Shown piece after piece: positions 26,801-32,486 of a stretch of 64,000 nt of DNA (the first letter of the stretch is position 1; each line of letters begins with the position of its first letter). Location: the IMG/VR virus record IMGVR_UViG_3300048796_000130; one strand, written 5' to 3'. The notes beneath the pieces were generated by a model. That model was not told the origin of the DNA. It searched no databases and worked only from the letters and a program-made list of their open reading frames with translations. A program made the position numbers and the translations under genes. This DNA is from an uncultured virus (IMG/VR IMGVR_UViG_3300048796_000130). Its lineage: Duplodnaviria; Heunggongvirae; Uroviricota; Caudoviricetes.

Positions 26801-28256
26801 TTGAAACAGGGCTTGCATTGCCGACTTCTTGAGGTGCCGCCGCCGCTTCGCGTTCATCTCCCGATTCTACCTTCTGCACCTTCCCCCACTGCTCCGCAGG
26901 TACGCTGGCCATACCTCCACCGTCGAGCTTCACTCGAATTAACCGTGAGTTGATGTGCGCCACTGTGCCGGTATCGCCTTTCGGCAAGGTGACGCGGTCG
27001 CCTTTCTGGAAGGCGGGGGCTTCGGATTTCTTCTCTCCCGGAGTTTCTTCAATCGTAAATCCCGGCGGCGGGGCAGGGACGGGTTCCTTGGCGGATTGCT
27101 TCGCCTGCGCGTCCCTCCGTCCAATTTCTTCGTTCACAAATTTCTGCGCGAGCTTGTCTGCCTGCCCTTTGTTCGCAACCTGGTGAAGCTGCCCATCCGG
27201 CCCCATAAACTTCCCTTGGTTGAGCATTTCGGTCGAGAGCGCGGTGTGTGCGGCCAAGGTGGCTTGCGGACGCTCTTCGTGGGGCAGGGAAGCTATCTTG
27301 TCGCCGATCTCTTGAATCTCTTCTGCAGAGATCGAGTGCATCGGGGGAACCTGGCCGGGAAGGGCGAGAGGTGGCTCCCCGGGTTGGCGCGGTGGAGCTG
27401 GCGGCGGGGTGGGCGAGAATCTTCCCGATTGTTTCAGGACTCCCCAGGCGTCATTCAAGTTCCTCGCATCTTCGATATGAGACGCATTTACGTCGGGGTG
27501 GAGATTCGACATCGCGGCCCGGTACGCCGCGTTGGCTTGCTCAAGGGTGGGTTCTTCCGGAAGAGTTTGGCCGGCCCGGTAAACCAGGTTGCGGAACAAG
27601 GCCTCGGCACGCGGAATTCCTTCGGGCGGGAGGCCTTCGTAGGGACTGCTCATCGCGGCATGAGCGACCATCGGAGCTATCTGAGCCAAGCTGGTAGCTT
27701 CTTGTTGCACCTCTGGGCTCGCGCCTAAAGCTTTCGTACCGAGTTCGGTCGCTTTGCCGGCGGCGGCCCCTTCAGCCAGTCCACGCACCATTGGACTCTT
27801 CGCTGCAGCGAGCACAGCTTTGCCGACGGTGGGCGCGGCCTCGATGCCCGCGCCCGCTTCGAGTGCCGCAGGACCCACGAGCGGCGTTGCGCCCTCTGCC
27901 GCCACGTTCGCCAATTGCAGAGCGCCCAATGTTCGCTTGCCCGGAGTGGTTACGTTCTCCAGCCCCGTTGTGGTTTTGACGGCGGGAGTTTCGGCGACGG
28001 GCGTCCCGCTTTCATAGCCAAGATCGCCCGTGACCGCTCCCGCAACTGTTCCGGCGGCGCGTTTCCAGAGTGAAGGAGTAGGCGGGGGTGCGGCGGGCAG
28101 GCTTCCGCTCCAACTGGGCCGTCGCTGGTTCAGAGTGACCGGCCCAGACGACTGATCCGCATCGAGCGCGAAGCCTTTGGGTGGCGGAGGGATTTCCCCT
28201 TCGTCGTCGAGCGTAAACCCCTTAGGCGGCGCAGGGATTGTGCTGGTGAGACCCAC
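17787..28256 (-). CDS. 3489-aa polyvalent DarB-like internal virion protein (J-domain, His-phosphatase, 2H phosphoesterase, N6-MTase, SNO-type SF2 helicase)
   Basis: LHPD; ARHGET..TSDLARAKQTA..ITHS; HVT/HAT; YSTP..EPTAGNG..NPPF; DQTGIGKGRQ, DESH, SAT, QMLGRIHRTGQ; located after the ejection genes. Confidence 0.9.
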   Translation of the reverse strand: MGLTSTIPAPPKGFTLDDEGEIPPPPKGFALDADQSSGPVTLNQRRPSWSGSLPAAPPPTPSLWKRAAGTVAGAVTGDLGYESGTPVAETPAVKTTTGLENVTTPGKRTLGALQLANVAAEGATPLVGPAALEAGAGIEAAPTVGKAVLAAAKSPMVRGLAEGAAAGKATELGTKALGASPEVQQEATSLAQIAPMVAHAAMSSPYEGLPPEGIPRAEALFRNLVYRAGQTLPEEPTLEQANAAYRAAMSNLHPDVNASHIEDARNLNDAWGVLKQSGRFSPTPPPAPPRQPGEPPLALPGQVPPMHSISAEEIQEIGDKIASLPHEERPQATLAAHTALSTEMLNQGKFMGPDGQLHQVANKGQADKLAQKFVNEEIGRRDAQAKQSAKEPVPAPPPGFTIEETPGEKKSEAPAFQKGDRVTLPKGDTGTVAHINSRLIRVKLDGGGMASVPAEQWGKVQKVESGDEREAAAAPQEVGNASPVSSGHGVSGSSPTSRPAGGSEAPVERTAQQRIPADESSTPAAREALRKLQAGEELTPDEKAIGERQKTRDAAIQSLGPEDAAKLSDKDFRRWMYPRSAEQINDPKTYEEIARALIARGDNPSEVRQSLEGRAGLLEGDPDVLLQKGHADTPEEAQAMAERNSGHNDRMRAAMDRVREIETKAKQDSSKGQIIFARHGETKLDQAGANETVAGWTQEPLDDRGVKAANKLADDIKAQKPTVIVTSDLARAKQTADIVGKKLGIPVQEDSRLRPQHVPETEGLKVGEAKPIWNSYEQNPDKKPKDGESWNEARTRQDAALKDVEAKVAAGERPVVITHSRNLEMELGERPKPGGFITRTGREKGGTTEPTKGVESGHGKTHLSANDRSDTGSAPAATPPRSGDSVGGAGGPIDHLGQGTGPRDEGRTGGAVSGVQSGALEEKPKYKFGSTQANIPASSDAAKALESARTRISNADLAGKGKEIGDGGNHVTVRYGIKGEDTEKIKSFLSAQSPFEASLGKTEKFPVSEHSEGSAPIIAPIEAPELHRLNAELEKHGDFAEPSFKAYKPHATVAYVDPAKADRYVGMNVTEGKKFTVSEIAISKKDGSQEVVKLEGKKAEAAPAKPKFSWQKHDIIPTKEGGIVAVPHAPEAADLTSHLADKITDGEMPKDNPGLKKIVDAFDGKPADPARMKQAQEALEVAIVQHAREIVAVGASTRQTFDELVKLYDSQPNLNVRTSTSIENQAYSTPAPLAYLADKLAGVNELTTLYEPTAGNGMLTIAANPKNVRVNELNPDRTAALRKQGFSETTSYDAAEKWDKAMEATLGKSYDAVVTNPPFGSVKDAQGNATKERVDGYKIGQIDHLIAARALEAMKDKGKATLILGASKFTAGGQSADDKIFFNWLYSHYNVAGHFELDGKLYGRQGAAWPVRVIAIDGREASSGIAPPVASIERVGSWKDVYDRFDQILASQSSRPARERGADSSLQRPATDEPGTLRTPAAPAVEKADREKPGTSEVGPHQQPGTPARPVSDRVAERSGGLAPADTSLRPDADVARSDRLEQGHKPESEPERTPDTGTDHRSPPAISPQSNDFQTSYAPASGKKDVGVLIPVNMKSPLEQAMSVLEDEVGDLDKFAAKELGYKSVNDLHDAFMGLQVDSVAAAIHEMQQGKAVVIADQTGIGKGRQAAAIIRWAAKRGDIPVFITKTPSLFTDMYGDLADIGTSDVNPFIVNSDEWITRPDGSRAFVNKPGLHRKAIENIRNTGTLPEGRNAVFLTYSQINVPNTQQQMLASLSSKAVFVLDESHNAGGDSNTGDFLRSVLQNAKGVTYLSATYAKRPDNMPLYFKTDMGEAIGDSGTLVQAMKDGGLPLQTVVSNNLVKAGQMFRRERSYDGVKMATKVDTDHRAEHTKIANGATEALRAIVDADKAFHTTYVAEAQKQAQKENKANQITGGGNQAGKAVHHTEFSSVVHNFVRQMLLGIKANTAADDAIASIRRGEKPIIAVDNTMGSFLSTYVGDNNLRDGDALENFDYRTVLSRALERSRYLQIKNAQGDVSKRFVPLSELDPETLRAYKDAQKTIDKLKIDLPVSPIDWIRQRIEAEGYSVAEITGRDLSVDYSTPEAPTVSRVPTQEQNDKVETTRRFNDGRLDSLIINVAGSTGISLHASEKFADQKPRHMIVAQAAQDINIFMQMLGRIHRTGQVKLPGYTILNADLPAEKRPSALLSKKMKSLNANTSSNTESATSVKAADMLNQYGDQIVGNYLADNPQLTAMLHVSPVNDDGSPTPDIARKATGRLAILPVKVQEEFYRDVEQQYNDYIAYLDSTNQNELEPKTFDYDARETRSDTLVEATNPNTPFGDSAIYGEYSIKSQGKPLTPDEATEAIKTHLDGKTPAAHANELIDKLEGELTYYKQSLDPESPMVGQAETVARTARAFIRDHQIGSTLRVEINGDVYSAAVANIRSTHKSSGNPFAMSKINVTLATNGSLRTLAVPATQLERIEVAKLYDKPEDIFRGRKAETRETAKIITGNLLAAYGELKDTRGTIINFSKADGTTEQGILLPKKFDFSKNTRGDYRLRDAAHALKFLRKSVNPRIEDMGIASRDGNVRVVNNAGKLEVVTPKAKARGGKYFLDHGITDLTGDFVSQQNTMRAAIPKGKETKVIEQLMKKSALYASPSMAEEAKGFGPKEPGEKSEPESLLAGESGELRPGELAKNVAEAAGTVGEYLRDVKRATGLARDLERGFETLATRKQSRRLAAVQTMRKLNIPRTDDVAVDAHLDDPENEPLTPVQDKVLDDVVLPILEHNDEMFGELNQGGVTIENYSHRMVKGKRGLVDRMAQGVKSSGTGGMLSKGAPQLKHRVMMALESPSGERKVVSIKNGQVTAWKNGEPENIGGISHTEEGRVFEDNDGQIWTVKQATKKEIEFHSNVSYYHSAIASALASSIQLGDALDNLHFLEAFKSSPEFHEIASKGSGNPPEGWKPTTMAQFKDYYFAPRTAEVLNKYDARMQSKGPNVMDEVGKFLRISMLLNPIRHPLNVAASWAFEKGVTGFLPHNWGVLWRTSNRATKAVLGQNQDLLDALDAGGALQSHRDAVKEIGDLFLHQVAEGLEKKEPWAVKLAEALGIEHGNLLNLIHEPSSKIAWTSSDIMMLQAAYEYQAKHPDVELKDALKEVGRIIPEYRVPTRIFDSTLIAKVMGEKWATIFGGYRYGLLKAFAETAKSALGAQEPAPGRTKAQEIAKGWDRIAMLGLGLLVMKYGLDELTKKLTKDEHATFWRVGPFGLMQAAIDVAEHKQSASQALTRVATPAPVLKSAAELATNREFFSGHQIYDPHADWWTEGRQLRKYLESQIGQIGQFEQAETSEQKRKFWWSQGGVTFAKTRAEKTAADIAASKVGTEAELPEDHENRVQRREILDQLRKGNAKPFEDAREKHQLTHRQILDIEHRARLQPLEDTVHGFSVAEVQRVLDAAKADKNQKEIDLLEKILRQKRARTHSWQSQSLVGAAQ
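23555..23938 (-). CDS. Putative overprinted gene (+1 frame) in the MTase-helicase linker
   Basis: Helical, protein-like sequence (RELYELLQRQQLKKLIG...) where the host frame is R/P/D-rich and disordered; exact start uncertain. Confidence 0.5.
   Translation of the reverse strand: MSMTDSIKSWRPNLPDRHGSEGLTVPYSAPQPMSRELYELLQRQQLKKLIGKNPEQAKSVLTSSPELLPDLYQIALQNDPEDWPPQILACDQMRTLLDQIDWSKGTSLNLSPSELPTLEQITEALPQ
25496..25684 (-). CDS. Putative overprinted gene (+1 frame) in the phosphatase-2H linker
   Basis: TAGAAT (25696-25691), 6 nt, ATG; protein-like 62 aa. Confidence 0.6.
   Translation of the reverse strand: MAKLTYQQMTDLTLEAHLPRLRRDLAIRLGVRVDQLTISDKELVRAMKEEPEALFPEFSLEH
26642..26857 (-). CDS. 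Putative overprinted gene (+1 frame) in an N-terminal linker
   Basis: TAGAAT (26869-26864), 6 nt, ATG; basic helical N-terminal half. Confidence 0.45.
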   Translation of the reverse strand: MNAKRRRHLKKSAMQALFQAGMAFQEAVLPHVRLVGVKPPSNEPRSSASPPTNPVRQRPEKRSENCKQAKS

Positions 28257-28259
28257 GGC

Positions 28260-29036
28260 TTAGTCGGCGGAGGAAGGACCGCTTTCCTGCGGCGGTTCTG
28301 GCGCAGCGGGCGCGGCGTCGAGAAGCGTAGCGACATCGGGCTCGGCGGCTGCCGCGGCGGCGGCCTCCTGTTGCGCGGGCGATTGATCGGGCAAGGGGGC
28401 TACCCCGGTTGCGCTCGATCCGTCGGTGTACTGCTTGGTCTCCGTCGTGATCAGCGATGGTCCGGGCTGCGTCGATACAGGGCCAGCGGAAATCCTGACT
28501 CCCGTACTATCCGCAATTGCTTGCAGCGCTGCATCTTTGCCTTCGGTGGTCTGGGCCAATTCCATCTTAAGCAATCCGTTCTCAATCGCGAGGTCACGGA
28601 TGCGTACACTCTGGGCCGCGCTGCGCTTCTCCGATCCCTCGACCCAAGAGGCGAGGTCTTCGTTCGGATCGAAATAGAATCTCTCGTTCTCTTCCGCTCC
28701 CTCGTGTTCGCGGTGCGGAACGTCCACTTCCACTGAGATTGCGTTGTGCCAGTCGGCTCCGACCAGAGGGTTGCCGTTGGGATAGATCAACAGAACGCGG
28801 GGGGCCGAGCCGTCTGGCGTAGGCGGCGCTGCAAGCACGAGCGCGTCGTCAACTACGAGCGCCGTGGGGACTGGCGTTTGCTGGCGAAACTGCTGCTTGA
28901 CGGTTTTGCTGCTGGCTGGGTCGTTAGGTGTGTATAACGGGTTCGCGCTCTCGACCGTGAAGGACTTGCCGAGAACGGAATGTCCGGTCGCAACCCGGTG
29001 CTGGAACTTGACTGCTTTGCCGATGTAGTCGTTCAT
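28260..29036 (-). CDS. Hypothetical late protein
   Basis: AGGAGG RBS before ATG 29036 (MNDYIGKAV). Confidence 0.7.
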   Translation of the reverse strand: MNDYIGKAVKFQHRVATGHSVLGKSFTVESANPLYTPNDPASSKTVKQQFRQQTPVPTALVVDDALVLAAPPTPDGSAPRVLLIYPNGNPLVGADWHNAISVEVDVPHREHEGAEENERFYFDPNEDLASWVEGSEKRSAAQSVRIRDLAIENGLLKMELAQTTEGKDAALQAIADSTGVRISAGPVSTQPGPSLITTETKQYTDGSSATGVAPLPDQSPAQQEAAAAAAAEPDVATLLDAAPAAPEPPQESGPSSAD

Positions 29037-29037
29037 T

Positions 29038-30468
29038 TTATTTTCCTCCTGAAGTTGAAGCTTCGGGCACCAGCATCCACTGCCCAGTGCTCTTATAGAA
29101 TCCAATCTTTGCTTTGCCGTCTGACGCCGTCTTTACTGGGGTCTCGCCTTTCGGTCCCATCGCAGAGGGGGCGGCGTTCGCGGAAGATGTGTCCGTCGCG
29201 GGTTTCGCGCTACTAGCAGGTGCGGCGCTTGAAGTCGCCGCGGGTTTACCGCGCCAGGATTCAACGTCTTGATGCTCGACCGGAGCGCCTTTCAGTTCTG
29301 ATGATTTCGCTTCGTAGGCATCTTGGGCGCGTTGCAGATCGGTTGTGTGCTCATCCTCGATGGCGGAGCGCCCTCGGTTGTATTCGTCCGTTCCCGGCGT
29401 CTTGTCGAGGTCTAACTGCTTAAGCGCTTTCCGGTACTTGTCTTCGGCGGCCGTGAGCGCGTTTGCCTTTGTGGTTTCCGCGCCCACTGTCTGAGAGGTG
29501 TGATCTTTTCCTTTTTCCGCGATCTTTTCTTTTAAGTCGAGCAGTGCGTGCTGCATCTGGAACCACTCGGCATCGTGATCTTTCTTCTCTTCCAAAACCT
29601 TCTGCTGTTGGTCGAGTTGGTTTTGCGCTTTCTCGATATTCCCCTTCGCGACTTCGTCCCGGATGCTGGCGAGAGAGTCTTTGTATTCGGAATTCGAGAT
29701 GGCGGTGTAGCGCTCGCGATTTTCTGCCGCCGTCTTCAGCCCTAACTCACCTTGTTGATACGCGGTTCTGGCCGCCGATTCCGCGAGCGGTACACCTTCT
29801 TTATCCATCTGCAAGCGTTGCGTCCACGGGGCGAGTGCAGTCGAACGGTTCTGTTCTGCCGCGGTCCGCCTGCGGTTCACCACTTCACTCGCGACGTTGC
29901 CTGCATTCTCCGGATTCTTGAGCTGCGTCATGCCAAGGCCGAATCCGACCAAGCGTTCCCAGAGTTTCGGTTTAACTTTCTGCGGATCGATGCGGTTGGC
30001 CTGGTCGGCTTGCTGATAGCCCGAGAGATCGCTTTGATATTGCTTGAGCGCGGGATTTAAGTAGGAGCCGAGATCGGGCGTCTTTGGCATCGCCCCCATA
30101 TCGACTGCGCCTGCATTGTTGCCCACGACTGCGGGATCGTCCGTCACTGGCGGCAGTTTTGCCCCCGTCGGGGCTGGAGCCGAAGGAACTCCCATCGCAT
30201 TCACGCCCGGGGGATTCGGTTCGGCGAGGTTCGTTCCGCCCGGGCCCATGCGAATCGGAGACAGCGACGCTGCGGCAGGTTGCGGAGAAGGAGAACTTAT
30301 AGGCAACGGCCCCGGCATCTGTCCCGGCGGCGCCGTCATTCCCGGTCGCGCATTCAGCGGCGCTGCTCCCGGAGGCACAACTCCGCCCGGCATGGCATTC
30401 GCCATCGTCGAACGTTTCAGTGCCTCCACTAACTGCGGAGGCATCGGAGGAACTTGGAATCCACCCAT
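29038..30468 (-). CDS. Putative internal virion/ejection protein
   Basis: Pro-rich N-terminus, coiled-coil; position between nozzle and giant internal protein. Confidence 0.6.
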   Translation of the reverse strand: MGGFQVPPMPPQLVEALKRSTMANAMPGGVVPPGAAPLNARPGMTAPPGQMPGPLPISSPSPQPAAASLSPIRMGPGGTNLAEPNPPGVNAMGVPSAPAPTGAKLPPVTDDPAVVGNNAGAVDMGAMPKTPDLGSYLNPALKQYQSDLSGYQQADQANRIDPQKVKPKLWERLVGFGLGMTQLKNPENAGNVASEVVNRRRTAAEQNRSTALAPWTQRLQMDKEGVPLAESAARTAYQQGELGLKTAAENRERYTAISNSEYKDSLASIRDEVAKGNIEKAQNQLDQQQKVLEEKKDHDAEWFQMQHALLDLKEKIAEKGKDHTSQTVGAETTKANALTAAEDKYRKALKQLDLDKTPGTDEYNRGRSAIEDEHTTDLQRAQDAYEAKSSELKGAPVEHQDVESWRGKPAATSSAAPASSAKPATDTSSANAAPSAMGPKGETPVKTASDGKAKIGFYKSTGQWMLVPEASTSGGK

Positions 30469-31308
30469 TTACGAAATGCCTCGTGCTTTCTTGAGCGCCT
30501 TGTTGAACAGGGGCCGGAAGAGGCTCCGGAGAAGGGAACTGCGGCGCACCAACCACGCTACCTGCCTTCCGACTGTTAGATAAATCGCCATCGTGATTGT
30601 GCCGATCAGCGTCTTGGTGAATTCTTCATTCAACCAGCGCCGCACGTCGATGGTACGGGGATCGTCCCAGCCGTCGTACACGGCCGCCGCAATCCAGCAA
30701 CCTCCATTTTGACCTGCATTTTTCGCCAACTGAGTCCCAAGGCTGAGCGCCCCTGCCCCAGCGCCCCCGGCTGCCGTGATCGCATCCATCCACGGCGCGT
30801 AAGAAGCAAGTCCGAACTGCGAGAGGTTATTGTTAGCCGCGTTCAGTCCGCTGGTCGCGGTGCTGTAGAGACCGCCCTGCGCCTTCGCCGATTCGAGAGG
30901 CTGCTGCGCCAGGTTCAACTGATAGCCGACGTTCTTCGCCCAATCTCCGGCGGTTTGTTCCGCGCCCAACTGGTTGCCCAGGCGCATCTTTTGTCCGGCG
31001 AGCGTGCCAATCGCCCCCGTCGTTGCGGTCGAGTTCATCCCTCCGGTGCGCGCGTTGTTGGCTCGCAGTTGAGCATCGGCTGCGTTATTCTGCTGGTCGA
31101 GCGATCCGGAACGAAGTTGATTGACGGCTGCAAGGTACTGCGGATTGAGGTAGGGATCGGCTCCCACCATCTTGCCGGAGCGAAGGTTGGTCTGGTCCTG
31201 ACTGGCTTGCGAAAGATCGGCCTGCGCGTCGGTGTTCGCGGTCGTGGCCTCATTGTTGTAAGTTGTGCTCGCGTTCTGGGCTTGCTGTTGGCCTGGTCGG
31301 GTCGGCAT
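30469..31308 (-). CDS. Putative ejection/pilot protein with C-terminal CFI-box-CTERM-like domain
   Basis: Q/A/N/G-rich helical body; GGCWIAAAVYDGWDDPRT..VRRW...IG...IY...G. Confidence 0.7.
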   Translation of the reverse strand: MPTRPGQQQAQNASTTYNNEATTANTDAQADLSQASQDQTNLRSGKMVGADPYLNPQYLAAVNQLRSGSLDQQNNAADAQLRANNARTGGMNSTATTGAIGTLAGQKMRLGNQLGAEQTAGDWAKNVGYQLNLAQQPLESAKAQGGLYSTATSGLNAANNNLSQFGLASYAPWMDAITAAGGAGAGALSLGTQLAKNAGQNGGCWIAAAVYDGWDDPRTIDVRRWLNEEFTKTLIGTITMAIYLTVGRQVAWLVRRSSLLRSLFRPLFNKALKKARGIS

Positions 31309-31312
31309 CGGC

Positions 31313-31771
31313 TTATCCCTTCTCCGTCTTCACGCACAAATCCAGCGCCATGTGCCGCAACCCAAGGCGGGGTTCAAAATGACGAATCTCTTCACCGACG
31401 GGCACCTCGACGCTCCGCAGTGCGCGGGTGATCGTGTCGGTGTCGGCTCCCAGCCACTCTGGGACAAAGCAGCGGATGGTGCGGAATCCGTGTTCTCCCA
31501 GCAGGTGTGCGACTTTTGGGGCACGCGCGATGGCCGCCTTCGTGAATCTTGGGTCGCGCGAGAACACGCAATACTCCGGAACGGCTTCGAGGGTGTGCAG
31601 CCCGATAATCTCGCCTTCCAGTTCTCCCACTTCGGCGACCAACACGGGATGCTGGGTCAGGTCGCAGAAGTCCATAGGTTGGCCGAGCACCTGGTCCTGC
31701 TCGACTTTCAGGCGAAGCGCCGCCGCCCGGTCGTTCAGGTCGTAACGCCGCCAGGTGATTTCGTGGCTCAT
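31313..31771 (-). CDS. Putative GNAT-like virion assembly protein
   Basis: ITWRRYD..D, VLVAE..GEIIG pattern; position typical of podoviral gp13-like genes. Confidence 0.45.
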   Translation of the reverse strand: MSHEITWRRYDLNDRAAALRLKVEQDQVLGQPMDFCDLTQHPVLVAEVGELEGEIIGLHTLEAVPEYCVFSRDPRFTKAAIARAPKVAHLLGEHGFRTIRCFVPEWLGADTDTITRALRSVEVPVGEEIRHFEPRLGLRHMALDLCVKTEKG

Positions 31772-31785
31772 GCTAGATTTGTCTT

Positions 31786-31992
31786 GTGGAGTTTCCTGAA
31801 CAAGTGTGGCTAGAAAGGTTCCGACTAAAGTACGGAATAGTCCCCACGAAGCTATGGGTTGACCAATCTACCTATGACAAATGGTTTAACGATTGCATAA
31901 AGCGGCATTGCCAAGTCGCGGCACGTGATTCGCTCCCCACTCCTACTCCGCTGCTCTTGACCTTCGCAAACATCCCCGTGTATCCGCGTTAA
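31786..31992 (+). CDS. Small hypothetical protein; antisense moron
   Basis: TGcTAGATT (31771-79), 6 nt, GTG; locally lower GC. Confidence 0.55.
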   Translation: MEFPEQVWLERFRLKYGIVPTKLWVDQSTYDKWFNDCIKRHCQVAARDSLPTPTPLLLTFANIPVYPR

Positions 31993-32486
31993 GCCGTCAA
32001 CGGTCCAAAAATCTGCGGAGAGTTAAACGTCTTCCCGTCATAAGACGAACTGGCCTCAATCCACTTCCGCACTCCCGTGCCGTACTTTGAAACTTCGTAG
32101 TAAGTCTGCGGTCCAATCGGCAGCGTGTCCGAGGTCGAGAAATTCTGCGTCGAAGAAAAGCGGAACTTGTGCTGGATCGGGGTGTGGGGCAGGTTCCCCG
32201 GATTCTGTTTGAACTGCGGATTGGTGGCCTGGATAATAAACACTCCCGGCTGTGAGGAGACGTTGAACTCGGCGGCCGGCGGTGGCGTGCTCACCGGAGA
32301 ATTCGAGGCGAGATCGATCGAGCCGCCGCCCACGCGGGTTTCCAGTTGCGTCATCCGCGCCCCGAGTCCGACCAGCGCGCGCAGGAGTTCGTTCTTGTTG
32401 CCGTGCGCCGCTGCCTGCACGCTCGGGCTGGGGCGGGTGTAGCTCGACCGCTGGCGGCTGGTGAAGTAAGGGGTGCTGCTCATCAA
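31989..32486 (-). CDS. Hypothetical tail-associated protein
   Basis: Overlaps the nozzle stop; short coiled coil followed by a beta-rich domain. Confidence 0.6.
   Translation of the reverse strand: MMSSTPYFTSRQRSSYTRPSPSVQAAAHGNKNELLRALVGLGARMTQLETRVGGGSIDLASNSPVSTPPPAAEFNVSSQPGVFIIQATNPQFKQNPGNLPHTPIQHKFRFSSTQNFSTSDTLPIGPQTYYEVSKYGTGVRKWIEASSSYDGKTFNSPQIFGPLTA

Noticed and set aside
17787..28256. Giant ORF interpreted as a tape measure protein
   Set aside because: It contains enzymatic domains and no TMP repeats; no tail tube or chaperone genes were recognised.
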